This document shows positions 49,985-59,280 of a stretch of DNA of 64,000 nt, piece by piece (positions within the stretch are counted from its first letter, which is position 1; each line of letters opens with the position of its first letter). The stretch lies in NCBI GenBank assembly GCA_963806035.1, contig CAWDWO010000011.1:32001-96000 (forward strand), in the 5' to 3' direction. Made by a program: the position numbers and the translations under genes. The notes beneath the pieces were generated by a model that did no database searches, was not told where the DNA came from, and saw only the letters and a list, made by a program, of their open reading frames with translations. This stretch comes from Candidatus Krumholzibacteriota bacterium. Its GTDB lineage: Bacteria; Krumholzibacteriota; Krumholzibacteriia; JAJRXK01.

Positions 49985-50013
49985 TTGACACCGTACATTC
50001 CTGCCGGTAGCTT
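49985..50013 (+). promoter_or_regulatory. Sigma70-type promoter of the TonB-like gene
   Basis: TTGACA-17 nt-TAGCTT. Confidence 0.6.
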
Positions 50014-50050
50014 GAAGCAGGACGCTCAATTGCTTGTCTGGACTCAGCTT

Positions 50051-50776
50051 ATGGAAACAGAACCCGCCTTTCGCCATGGCTCCTACGGCCGCAGAATTCT
50101 GTTGGCAGCCGGCGCAGCCCTGGTGGGTTTCGTCCTCGTCGCGATCCTCGGACCCGACGAGGATCGTCTGCAGCACCTGCTCTTCCATACCGGGGTCCAA
50201 GGCGAGCTGAGAATCCTTCCGGACATCGAGATCATCCGCGACCAAGATCCCGTGAGCCAGGACCCCAAACACAGGCGCGCCAGCGCCGCCAAAGGGCTCC
50301 AGGTCGACGTGGTCGATCGACCTCCCACTACCGTGGAGGTCGAGGACGCGACGCCCGTTCCTCCGCCTACGGGAGCCCCCGATTACACCATCGAGACGAA
50401 GGAGAAGCCCGAGGACGGGATTTCGCAGAGCGACGACGTCCGCGAGCAAGTACGAATGGTCAGGCCATCGCAACGCAGTCTCGACTTCGTTCTGATCAAG
50501 CTGGTACGGCCGCGTTACCCACCGGGCGTGGTCCTTCCCCGCCCCGTCTCGGTCGACGTGGCCATCTATGTAGAAAGCGACGGGACGGTCAGTGACGCCT
50601 ACGTGACCCGCGGCGAGGGTGGGAAGGCCTTCGAAGAGGCCGCCCTGCGAGCAGTGCGCCAGTGGAAGTACCGCTACCTGGGTGAAGAGGGCAAGGCCGA
50701 ACCGTTTTGGGACCAAGTTCGTTGGATCTTCAAACCTCCAGCGGCAGATGGCGCCGAGAAGGAACTGAAGCCCTAG
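50051..50776 (+). CDS. Energy transducer TonB-family protein
   Basis: N-terminal TM helix, Pro-rich linker, TonB C-domain (PRYP, V.V...VESDGTV, FEEAALRAVRQWKY). The only plus-strand gene; shares a CTAG stop overlap with the convergent gene. Confidence 0.8.
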   Translation: METEPAFRHGSYGRRILLAAGAALVGFVLVAILGPDEDRLQHLLFHTGVQGELRILPDIEIIRDQDPVSQDPKHRRASAAKGLQVDVVDRPPTTVEVEDATPVPPPTGAPDYTIETKEKPEDGISQSDDVREQVRMVRPSQRSLDFVLIKLVRPRYPPGVVLPRPVSVDVAIYVESDGTVSDAYVTRGEGGKAFEEAALRAVRQWKYRYLGEEGKAEPFWDQVRWIFKPPAADGAEKELKP

Positions 50777-52625
50777 CCCCTTCCGTCGGGCCTTCCTCTC
50801 GGCGCGGGTTCTCTGTCTCGAGGCGATGGTGTATTGGGAAGCACCGGGCCGATGGGATCGGCAAATACTTCACTCGGAAACGGCACGACTTTCCCGTTCT
50901 CCAACATGCGCAGGGCCGACTCGGTGGACGCCAGGTTCCTCGCGCGGTCACTGGGAACGAGATTCTGGCTCAACTCGTTGCTCACGGCGCGCCGGCTTCT
51001 GGCGCCCCCGTGAATCGCGTCCAGGAGTCTGCGGGTGGCGAAGTAGGTCTTGAGCGCGAAGGGATTCACTTCGTCGTCGTGGAAGCGGCGCTTCCATAGA
51101 GACTGAAAGCGCTCGCTCTCTCCCGGCGCCATGAGCGCGGTCTCGCTGGGGAAGATGGCGCCTTCCAAAACGTCGCCCGCACCTTCGGCCAGCCGGGGGC
51201 GATTCCAGGTGCTCAGACCCAAGAGTTGAACCTCGAGCTGGTAGAAAGTGAGCTGCGGCGCGATGAGACGCATCTCGCTGGGACCGGCAGGAACGAAGAG
51301 CGCCTCGGGTCCCTTCTCCCGGATACGCTCGATCGGCGCCTTGAAATCGGTGAGCCCGCTCTGGTAGGGCTCGCTGGCCACGATCCGGGCCCCGAGCCTC
51401 TCCGCCTCGGCCGAGAAGATGTTGGCGGCATTTCTGCCCTCATCGGTATCCGGATAGAGAATGGCGAGGCGCCGCCGTAGCAATCTGCGAACTGTGACTC
51501 GCGCCAACACACGCGTCTCGAACGCTCGCGTGACGTTGGTTTGGAAGATCTCGTCGCCGATCAAGGAGATGTTCTCCTGGGTCGCGGTCGGTGAGATCAA
51601 GGGAACCCGCCGCTCCTGACAAACCACCGCGGCCGCGATCGTGGTGGGAGACAGCAGCGCGCCCACGATGGCCAGTACACCATCGTCGTTGATCAGGGAA
51701 CGGGCACTGAGAACGGCCTGGACCCCGTCTCCCGGGTATCCAGCGCGACGAGTTTCAGGTCCTCCTCGAAACTACGATTGTGTTCCTCGAGGGCGAGCAA
51801 TGCGCCGTTGTACATGGCCTGTCCCAACGCGGCGTATTCGCCGGTCAAGGGGCAGAGAAGGCCGATGCGATCGACGTAGGCCACGCTCACCGGCCCCGAT
51901 GGTTCGTAGCTCCCCTCGCTCCGGTATTCCGAGAGTATCTGCGCCACCGCTTCACGGTGCTGGCTCTGGGGAAAGCGGGTGAGAAAATCTTCCAGGAGAG
52001 GACCCATCTCCTTGGGTTTGGCGCCCTCGTCGTGCTTTCTCTGCAGATAGACGAAGGACACCTCTTCAGCCGAACTCGTGTTCAGGCTCTCGTCTTTCAG
52101 ACGGCCCAGATCACTCACGCTCAACTTCTTTTGGAGCAGCGTCTCGAGCCGCGAGCTGGCTCGATCTTTCGAAGGGAGCTCTCCCGGCTGGTCGAGGTAA
52201 TGCACGTAGGCCAGGGCGGCCTCGCGCCATTGCAGTTTTCGATCGTGAATCTGTGCCGTGAGCCACCATGCATCGGGCCGATACAGGGACGCGGGATGAT
52301 GCTGGAGTAGAGAGTCCAAAAGGACCCGCGCCGTGCGATCGTCGCCGAGCTCGTCCGCAGCGCGCGCGCCCAGAAGCAGCACATGGTCTTCGTGTTCGAA
52401 TCCGGGGTAGCGATCGAGAATTGCATAGGCCAAGTCCCGAGCCTGGGAGTTCTGTCCGGCCGCACTGGCCGCCAAGAGCTGCTCGTATTCCTTGGAAGCT
52501 TCCCGAGCTTCGTCTTGGCTCAATCCGGCATTCAGACGCGGACTCTTGATCGAGGACGCACACCCGCTGAGAACCAGCGTAACCAGTAGGGTGATCGTCC
52601 AGCTTGCAAAACGGTTTCTGCTCAT
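50773..52625 (-). CDS. Lipoprotein with TPR region and type I periplasmic-binding-protein fold (LpoA-like); one apparent frameshift at 51731-51733
   Basis: Lipobox LSGC, TPR helices (RYP, HHPAS, RFPQS), IGLLCPLTGEYAALG. Adding one G gives LDTRGDGVQAVLSARSLINDDGVLAIVGALLS, joining track ORFs 51693-52634 and 50773-51666. Confidence 0.78.
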
Positions 52626-52668
52626 CGTCGCCACCTCGAAGCGGGAAAGACGGGCCCGAACTCTGGTC

Positions 52669-53190
52669 TCAACTCGGGTTTTTCAGGTACCAGGTGGCCA
52701 GATCCATGTATTCCTGTGCATGCGCGCGTCGCGCTTGCTCGTTTTCGGGGGGCAGTTCCTTCTTCACCTTGGCGGGAACCCCAGCCACCAGATGATTGCT
52801 GGGAACTCGCATCTTCTCGGGTACCACCGCCCCGGCGGCCACGATGGAGAATTTCTCGATGTGCGCCTGATCGAGCAGAACGCTCTTCATTCCCACGAGG
52901 CAGCCCTCCTCTACCAGGGCGCCATGAATGACGGCATGATGACCCACCGAAACTTCGTTTTGCAGAACCGTGGTACTGTAGTCCGTGGTCGAGTGAAGCA
53001 TGCAACCGTCTTGAATGTTGCTCCCCCGGCCGACGCGGATGAGGCCGCAATCTCCGCGCAGGACGCTTCCCCACCATATGTTGACGTCATCCTCGATGAT
53101 GACTTCGCCAATGATCACCACGTCATCGGCCAAGTATACGTTCTTCCCGATTTGAGGACTCATTCCTCGGTAGGGCCTGATGATGGCCAT
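52669..53190 (-). CDS. Gamma-class carbonic anhydrase family protein (YrdA/PaaY-like)
   Basis: Hexapeptide repeats, LRGD, SNIQDG.MLH, GHHAVIHG (three His ligands), GVPAK. Confidence 0.92.
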   Translation of the reverse strand: MAIIRPYRGMSPQIGKNVYLADDVVIIGEVIIEDDVNIWWGSVLRGDCGLIRVGRGSNIQDGCMLHSTTDYSTTVLQNEVSVGHHAVIHGALVEEGCLVGMKSVLLDQAHIEKFSIVAAGAVVPEKMRVPSNHLVAGVPAKVKKELPPENEQARRAHAQEYMDLATWYLKNPS

Positions 53191-53724
53191 TCGCCACCCT
53201 CCTCGTCGAAATCGTCTGGAGACTCCGGCTCATCCCGGTCAGCTTTTCTCTGCACGTCGCGGATGAGATTCTCGACGACTTGCTGCGTGTCGATACTCTC
53301 TTCGGCCTCCAGCATGTTCTCCGCTTGCTCCTCCGCGACCTTCCTGGAGAGAAAGATGGGCGACTCGCAACGAAGCGCGAGGGCGATGGAATCGCTGGGA
53401 CGGGCGTCGATGGCGATGACCTCGTGCCCCCGCGCCAGGTAGAGACGAGCGAAATAGGTGTTGCCCTGGATGTCGGTCACCACGACTCGACTGAGCTTCC
53501 CCGAGACCATCGACGATCTGCTGCATGAGGTCATGCGTCAAAGGGCGCTGAAAACGGCGCCCCGCGAGCACCATGGCGATCGCGTTGGCTTCGGCGTCTC
53601 CGATCCATATGGGAAGATGGCGTTTGGTACCCAGGACCTGCAGCAGGACCACGGGGGCCTCGGTCTTGGCATCACGAACCAGGGCGCTCACGCGAACTTC
53701 GATGAGTGCGGATGTGGAATCCAC
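53160..53724 (-). CDS. Bifunctional nuclease family protein (DUF151); one apparent frameshift at 53499-53502
   Basis: LPIWIGDAEANAI...RPLTHDL in one frame and GNTYFARL...IDARPSDSIALALR..PI in another; the switch occurs in a G4 run. Confidence 0.85.
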
Positions 53725-53741
53725 CAGGAACCCTCTTGGCG

Positions 53742-54239
53742 TCAGTAGACGGTGAACGCGACCGAATCGAGAACGACTCCGTCGGGGGTCATGATCTTCA
53801 CTTCCCAGCTTCCGGTCCACGAGGGGAGGATGCGTTTCGTGCTCCAGGTTCTCCAGGAATCGCTTCCAACCTCCAGCTCGACGCGCGCGCGCGTCTGTCC
53901 GTCGTGGATCCACGCGTGGACGATCTTCGTTCCCTTGCCGTGCACCACGCGGCAAAAGCAGCTCAGGCTTCCGACGTCGGAGGGAAACCGGTCGCCCGCT
54001 TCGACCGGTTTGCGGTCCTCGACCGCGCGACAGACGGCCGCGTTGACGACCTTAGGGCCGTGCGCCTGCTTCAAGCTATCCGCGGGAGTCTCCGGGTTGG
54101 GCTTCTGCTGGGGATCTCCCACCGCTTTCAGGCTCGCCGAGGACCGGCCGGGAAGCACGGCGGAGAGCGCGCAAACGACGAGAAGAGCGAGTGAGAGGGC
54201 AAGGATCTTGGGCTCGAATGCACGGAATCGGCGGCTCAT
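53742..54239 (-). CDS. DUF2914-like exported protein
   Basis: Signal/TM segment, then C.AVEDRKPV...F......L.CF......I.HAW......V.L.V....WRTWSTK.I.....GSWEV. Confidence 0.8.
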   Translation of the reverse strand: MSRRFRAFEPKILALSLALLVVCALSAVLPGRSSASLKAVGDPQQKPNPETPADSLKQAHGPKVVNAAVCRAVEDRKPVEAGDRFPSDVGSLSCFCRVVHGKGTKIVHAWIHDGQTRARVELEVGSDSWRTWSTKRILPSWTGSWEVKIMTPDGVVLDSVAFTVY

Positions 54240-54290
54240 CGCAACTCTCCTTGCATGGGTTCGAGAACTCCATCGAAGTTCTCAAAGGAC

Positions 54291-54318
54291 ACTATACCGG
54301 CTTCCATCGCGATAGCAA
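54291..54318 (-). promoter_or_regulatory. Sigma70-type promoter of the DUF2914 operon
   Basis: TTGCTA-16 nt-TATAGT, followed by a 9-bp hairpin (54263-54283) in the 5' UTR. Confidence 0.5.
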
Positions 54319-54358
54319 CCGTCTGCCCCAGCCCGAAAATGGGCGCAAGCGGGCAGCC

Positions 54359-55597
54359 TCACTTCCCCTTTTGCGACTGAATCTGCTTCTGGATCTCCTC
54401 GGCCGAGCTGCCGCCGGTGTTCTCCAAGCCGGATTTCCCCATGTTCTTGAGCATCCACTTGGCGTCTTCGACGTACTTGCTGTCCGGATACTTGGTGATC
54501 AGCCGGTTGAACTCCTGGAAAGCGAAGTTGGGCTGATGAAGTTGTTCACTATAAATGAAGCCGGCCGTGAACAGCGATTCATCCGCGAGTTCGGAGTCGG
54601 GGAAGTTGTCGGCAATTTGATTGTAGTAGTCGATCTTCGTCTGGGCGTCGTTGATCTCCGAGGCCCTCTTGTACAGGTCCTCGGCGGTATCCGCGGCGAC
54701 CTTCTTGTATTTCCCGAAGCGCTGCACGGAGTACTCCTGCTCGAGCTTCTGCACCGCCCTCTTGTAATCACGACGGCGGACCACCGAACGCAGTCTCTCG
54801 ACGACGCGCGGCTTGACCTCGTCGAGGGGAGGAATCTTGCCCTCGACCTTGCTTCCGGCGCGGATGATTTCCCAGCGACCATTGATGAGCACCGGCTTGG
54901 AGTAGTCCTGGTATCCGAGGGAAAATGCGATCTTGTTGAAATCTGTGTGAATGCCCACGCCCATGACGAACCCGTCAGGATTGATCCAGCCGATCATGCC
55001 GTGAGTGGCTTGGGTGTTCGGGTCTTCGTTGTACTTGTCGGCCACGGCATCCCAGGCTTGTCCTGCCTTCAAACCGGAATAAGCCGTTTCGATCTTCGAT
55101 TTCTCCTTGCAACTGATGTGCGAGGCGAGGACCCGGGGAAGCGTCTTGAACTCTTCCTTGTTGTTCTCGTAGTAGGCTTTGACGGTTTGCTCGTCCGGCT
55201 CCGAGCTGGCCGCGAGCTGGTCGGTATAGGCCTTCCTCAGTACTTGCCGGCGCACGATGTCGAGCTGGGTCTGAACCGTGGGATCCTGGTCGAGGTGTTC
55301 GTCGAGGGCCTTCTTGTAGAGCACCGTTTCTTCGATGATCTGATCGAGGAAGCGGTCCTTCCAACCCTCGCCGCTGAATACCTTCCGTTCCGCCTCGCTC
55401 AGTTGATCGTAGCGCTTGTCGAAATAGCCCTGAGTAATTTCGACATCCCCCACTTTCGCGATGACTTGGGTGAAGTCCTTGGAGGGCTGGACCGAGGAAC
55501 TCGCACTCGAACTCCTATCCGCGCTCTTCTCGCTCTGACAAGCCGCGAGCACCATCAGGCTCGCAAGTACTGTGAACCAACGGAATCCTCGCAACAT
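54359..55597 (-). CDS. PrsA/SurA-like parvulin foldase lipoprotein with C-terminal TPR (BamD/CpoB-like) helices
   Basis: GGAGG plus ATG at 55597, lipobox LAAC, VIAKVGDVEIT, YYENNKEEF, ASHI, KYNED....HGMIGW, SKPV, PLDEVK, NFPDS and KYPDS TPR turns. Confidence 0.8.
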   Translation of the reverse strand: MLRGFRWFTVLASLMVLAACQSEKSADRSSSASSSVQPSKDFTQVIAKVGDVEITQGYFDKRYDQLSEAERKVFSGEGWKDRFLDQIIEETVLYKKALDEHLDQDPTVQTQLDIVRRQVLRKAYTDQLAASSEPDEQTVKAYYENNKEEFKTLPRVLASHISCKEKSKIETAYSGLKAGQAWDAVADKYNEDPNTQATHGMIGWINPDGFVMGVGIHTDFNKIAFSLGYQDYSKPVLINGRWEIIRAGSKVEGKIPPLDEVKPRVVERLRSVVRRRDYKRAVQKLEQEYSVQRFGKYKKVAADTAEDLYKRASEINDAQTKIDYYNQIADNFPDSELADESLFTAGFIYSEQLHQPNFAFQEFNRLITKYPDSKYVEDAKWMLKNMGKSGLENTGGSSAEEIQKQIQSQKGK

Positions 55598-55632
55598 ACT
55601 GGCTACCTCCGCCATGGTCTGAAAGCTCGGCT

Positions 55633-56721
55633 CTACTGGAGATCTCCGCGGCCCTCGCGCTGCAGAGCCTCCAAAACTAGCCTGACGTCTTGTGATCGCT
55701 TCGCATCGCATACCAGGGTGGCGTCTTTGGTCTGGACAACGATGATATCCTTTACACCCAAGAGCGCGGTGAATCGCTCGGGACCGTATACGACGCAGTC
55801 TTGGCTCGAAAGTGCGAGCACCTCACCACGGCTGCAATTCCCGTCCTTGTCGAGCGGCCACAATTCACGCATGGAGACCCATTGCCCCACGTCGTTCCAG
55901 GAGAAGCTCGCGGGCAAAACCACCACGTTCTTGGCCTTTTCCATCAGAGCATAGTCGATGGAAATCGACGGCGCTTCTTGGTAAGTGGTTTTCAACGCCT
56001 TTGAAAACTCGGAGGTTCCCACCTCGCCCGAGGCCGCGCAGCGTTCGACTGAATCGATCAAGTCGGGCAGTTCCCGCCTCAATCCGCCCAGGACGACGGA
56101 GGGACGCCAGGCGAAGATTCCGGAGTTCCAGAGATGCCGTCCGCCCTCCAGGTATTGCGTCGCCGTGGGAAGATCGGGCTTCTCGGTGAAGGCGGCCACC
56201 CAGCGCGCCGGAGCGGCGCTGGCAAAAGGCTCCCCTTGTTCGATATAGCCGTATCCCGTCTCCGGTCGCGAAGGAGTCACGCCGAAGGTCAGCAGCACCT
56301 CGTTGTCCCTGGTGATGGCGAAAGCCTGGTTCAGAGCGCGCTGAAATTCCGCGGCGGGAGCGATGATGTGGTCGCTGGGCAGGACCGCGAAAGGCACATC
56401 CCCCGCCCTCTCTTGCACCAGAGCGGCGGCAAGGCCCACCGCGCAGGCCGTGTTGCGGCCCACCGGCTCGGCAATGATCTGCGCCGCGGGAACTCTCGGG
56501 GCCTGCTTCCTCACCTTTTCCGCCAGCACCTCGCTGGTGAGGATCCACTGATTCGCCGCCGGCACCAGAGGTTCGAGACGCTCCAGGGTCAGCGCCAAGA
56601 GGCTGCCGTCACCGGTGAGATCCAGAAGTTGCTTGGGCTGCTCGCGCCGCGATAGTGGCCAGAAGCGTGTCCCCCGACCTCCGGCCAGGATGACCGCGTG
56701 TCCTTCAGGGCCCTTGCTCAT
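55633..56721 (-). CDS. manC: Mannose-1-phosphate guanylyltransferase
   Basis: ILAGGRGTRFWPLSR..PKQ, EPVGRNTA, PSDH, PETGYGYI, FTEKP, WNSG, SIDYALME, WNDVG. Confidence 0.95.
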   Translation of the reverse strand: MSKGPEGHAVILAGGRGTRFWPLSRREQPKQLLDLTGDGSLLALTLERLEPLVPAANQWILTSEVLAEKVRKQAPRVPAAQIIAEPVGRNTACAVGLAAALVQERAGDVPFAVLPSDHIIAPAAEFQRALNQAFAITRDNEVLLTFGVTPSRPETGYGYIEQGEPFASAAPARWVAAFTEKPDLPTATQYLEGGRHLWNSGIFAWRPSVVLGGLRRELPDLIDSVERCAASGEVGTSEFSKALKTTYQEAPSISIDYALMEKAKNVVVLPASFSWNDVGQWVSMRELWPLDKDGNCSRGEVLALSSQDCVVYGPERFTALLGVKDIIVVQTKDATLVCDAKRSQDVRLVLEALQREGRGDLQ

Positions 56722-58088
56722 GTGCCGCGCACCAGTTCGTCCTGGGCCTTGGCAATCGCGGCTTCGAGCTGTTTCAGATAATCCAGCTTGAGCGTTTCGT
56801 CGCTCGCCTCAGCTCGTAGCACCAGCGCCGGCTGCGTGTTGCTGGCACGCACCAAACCCCAGCCGTTGCCGAAAGTCACTCTCGCCCCGTCGATGTCGTT
56901 CACCTCGTGCTCGCGCTCGAAGTGCTCTTTCACTTTGGCCACGACCTCGAACTTCAACTCGTCGGGGCAATCGACCCGGATCTCGGGAGTGGCGACCAGA
57001 GTCGGTACGTCGGCCAGTCGACTGCTGAGGGGGTTTTTGTCGCGTGACACGATCTCCAAGAGGCGCAGAGTGGCGAAGAGGGCATCGTCGAAGCCGTACC
57101 AATTCTCGGCGAAGAACACGTGCCCGCTCATTTCTCCCGCCAGCAGCGCACCGCTCTCGTGCATCTTCTCCTTGATCAGGGAATGACCCGTCTTCCAGAG
57201 GATCGGAGTCCCACCCTTGGCTGCAATCTCATCGATGAGGGTCTGGCTACACTTGACGTCGAAGATGATCCCGCTGCCGGGATGGCGCTGCAGGAGGTCG
57301 CGCCCGTAGAGCATGAGCAGACGGTCGCCCCAGAGGACCTCACCCTTCTCGTCCAGCACACCGATGCGATCCGCGTCGCCGTCGTATGCAATCCCCAATT
57401 CGAGCTTCTCGGCCAGAACACACTTCCTGAGATCCTCCAGGTTTTCCGGCATCGTAGGATCGGGGTGATGGTTGGGAAAGGTGCCGTCCGGCTCGTCGAA
57501 GAGCGCTACGGGTTTCAGGTGCAGACGCGAAAAGAGAGCGGATGCAACGAGTGAGGCCGCGCCGTTCCCACTATCGTAGGCGAAGCGGATGGGGCGCTCG
57601 ATCTTCACGCGCGATGTCGCATCGTCCAGGTAGGGCTGGATGATGCCGCGGCTTTCTACGCGGCCTTCGCCGGATTCGAAATCTTCCTTCTCCATGAGCG
57701 TGCGCAGCTCACGGATCTGATCGCCGTAGAAACTGCGCCCGTGCAGCACGATCTTGAATCCGTTGAACTCTGGCGGGTTGTGACTGCCCGTGATACAGAC
57801 CCCGGCCTGCTCCTCACCCGTTGCAACGGCGTGGTAGAACACTCCGGTGGGTGCGGCGCCGAAGTCCACGACGACGCATCCCGCCTGCATCAAGCCGTCG
57901 GCAAGCCACTCGAAGAGGGTCTCGCCGCTCGGTCGCACGTCCCGGGCAACGCCGATCCGCGTGGCGCCGGCACGCTGGAAGGCCGTGCCCAGACCGCGCC
58001 CCAGACACCGTACGAATTCGGGCGTGAGATCGTTCTCGACCTCACCCCGAATGTCGTATTCACGGAAGACGTGTACCGGTGTCTTCAT
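56718..58088 (-). CDS. manB: Phosphomannomutase/phosphoglucomutase
   Basis: FREYDIRG, TGSHNP, FPNHHPDP, DGDADR, GEMSGH, RASNT. Confidence 0.95.
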   Translation of the reverse strand: MKTPVHVFREYDIRGEVENDLTPEFVRCLGRGLGTAFQRAGATRIGVARDVRPSGETLFEWLADGLMQAGCVVVDFGAAPTGVFYHAVATGEEQAGVCITGSHNPPEFNGFKIVLHGRSFYGDQIRELRTLMEKEDFESGEGRVESRGIIQPYLDDATSRVKIERPIRFAYDSGNGAASLVASALFSRLHLKPVALFDEPDGTFPNHHPDPTMPENLEDLRKCVLAEKLELGIAYDGDADRIGVLDEKGEVLWGDRLLMLYGRDLLQRHPGSGIIFDVKCSQTLIDEIAAKGGTPILWKTGHSLIKEKMHESGALLAGEMSGHVFFAENWYGFDDALFATLRLLEIVSRDKNPLSSRLADVPTLVATPEIRVDCPDELKFEVVAKVKEHFEREHEVNDIDGARVTFGNGWGLVRASNTQPALVLRAEASDETLKLDYLKQLEAAIAKAQDELVRGT

Positions 58089-58093
58089 CCGGA

Positions 58094-58534
58094 TCAAGCC
58101 CGCTCGATGGTGACCTGGACCTCGACTTCGATGTCTCGATGAACCCGGACCCCGACCGCGTAGGTTCCCAACTTCTTCAACGGCTCTTCCAGGATCACCT
58201 GCTTGGCATCGATTGCATGGCCCAGCTTTTCAAGAGCCGCGGAGATCATCGCGGCGGACACGCTACCGTAGAGATTTTCCTCTCCAGCGGCGGCGGTAAT
58301 GGTAACCGCGGCGCCCTGCATCGACTCGGCGAGTCCCTGCGCCTGTTCGCGCTGTTGCTCATCCCTCGTTTCGAAGGCCTTGAGCTGGCTCTCCAGCTCC
58401 CTTTCCTTCGCCAAGGAGGCCTGTATGGCCAGTCCCCGAGGAAACAGATAGTTACGCGCATAACCGCGAGCGACGCCGACCTTGGCGCCCCGGCGCCCGA
58501 GTTTCTGCACGTCATGAAGCAAAATGACATCCAT
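58094..58534 (-). CDS. rplI: 50S ribosomal protein L9
   Basis: MDVILL.DV.KLG, GYARNYLFP, LYGSV, PLKKLG. Confidence 0.97.
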   Translation of the reverse strand: MDVILLHDVQKLGRRGAKVGVARGYARNYLFPRGLAIQASLAKERELESQLKAFETRDEQQREQAQGLAESMQGAAVTITAAAGEENLYGSVSAAMISAALEKLGHAIDAKQVILEEPLKKLGTYAVGVRVHRDIEVEVQVTIERA

Positions 58535-58543
58535 GATGGCCTC

Positions 58544-58804
58544 CTATCGGTAGTACTCGCGTACGTAAGGAAGGAGTGCCAGGTGACGCGCTCGTTTCAC
58601 CGCGGTGGCGAGCATGCGCTGATACTTGGCTTTCGTTCCCGTGTTACGCCGGGGTGAGATCTTCCCGCGTTCGGTGACGAAACGCTTCAAGAGCTCGATG
58701 TCCTTGTAGTCGATGCAGGCGTATCCATGTTCGGTGAAGTAGCACTTCTTCTTGCGGCCGAAACGATCTCGTTCACGTCGTTTCGCTCTTGGTTTAGCGG
58801 CCAT
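58544..58804 (-). CDS. rpsR: 30S ribosomal protein S18
   Basis: IDYKD...[36 protein letters not shown]. Confidence 0.97.
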   Translation of the reverse strand: MAAKPRAKRRERDRFGRKKKCYFTEHGYACIDYKDIELLKRFVTERGKISPRRNTGTKAKYQRMLATAVKRARHLALLPYVREYYR

Positions 58805-59159
58805 CGGATGCCCCCTCGCTGCGGCTACGCTGCTCGGCCCTCTTGGCCAGAGCGACTCTGTTGCGCTCGTCCCACTCCTCATCGATCACGATGAGATGGC
58901 GTAACACTCGGTCGTCGAGGCGATAATCTCGATCAGCCTCTTGCACCAGGGTGTTGTCCCCCTTGAAGCGATAGAGGTAGTAGTCCCCCGTCGTCTGCTT
59001 TCGGATCTCGTAGGCCAATTTCTTGGTGCCCCAAGGGTCCTTCAGCGTGATTTCTCCGCCGTGGTTCTTCACGCTCGACTCGAAACGGTCGAGAATCGCG
59101 TTCACGTCCGACTCGGGCATTCCCGACCTCAGAACGACGACGCATTCATATTTCTGCAC
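58794..59159 (-). CDS. rpsF: 30S ribosomal protein S6
   Basis: GTG start; [22 protein letters not shown]. Confidence 0.96.
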   Translation of the reverse strand: MQKYECVVVLRSGMPESDVNAILDRFESSVKNHGGEITLKDPWGTKKLAYEIRKQTTGDYYLYRFKGDNTLVQEADRDYRLDDRVLRHLIVIDEEWDERNRVALAKRAEQRSRSEGASDGR

Positions 59160-59167
59160 GGATCTTC

Positions 59168-59212
59168 TCCCTTCGGTCTCAAGCGGCCCGGCGCGTAGGC
59201 GCCGGACAGGGA
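59168..59212 (-). ncRNA. Probable S6:S18-binding ribosomal leader
   Basis: Minus strand TCCCTgtCCGGCGCctacGCGCCGGgCCGcttgagaccgaAGGGA: basal stem sequesters the SD, apical hairpin, and CCG in the 3' internal loop, directly upstream of rpsF. Confidence 0.65.
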
Positions 59213-59230
59213 TTGTGCCGCGAATCAACG

Positions 59231-59259
59231 AGCTTACGGGACCGCTCTTCGCGGCGCAA
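59231..59259 (-). promoter_or_regulatory. Sigma70-type promoter of rpsF-rpsR-rplI
   Basis: TTGCGC-17 nt-TAAGCT. Confidence 0.5.
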
Positions 59260-59280
59260 GGACGGCCCCGTGTCCTTTGA

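Noticed and set aside
48010..49998. SelA-kinase fusion as a genuine novel protein
   Set aside because: The junction is a G7 run, and a one-base change restores a normal-length SelA with GTGA coupling. Treated as a likely error and kept only as a caveated finding.
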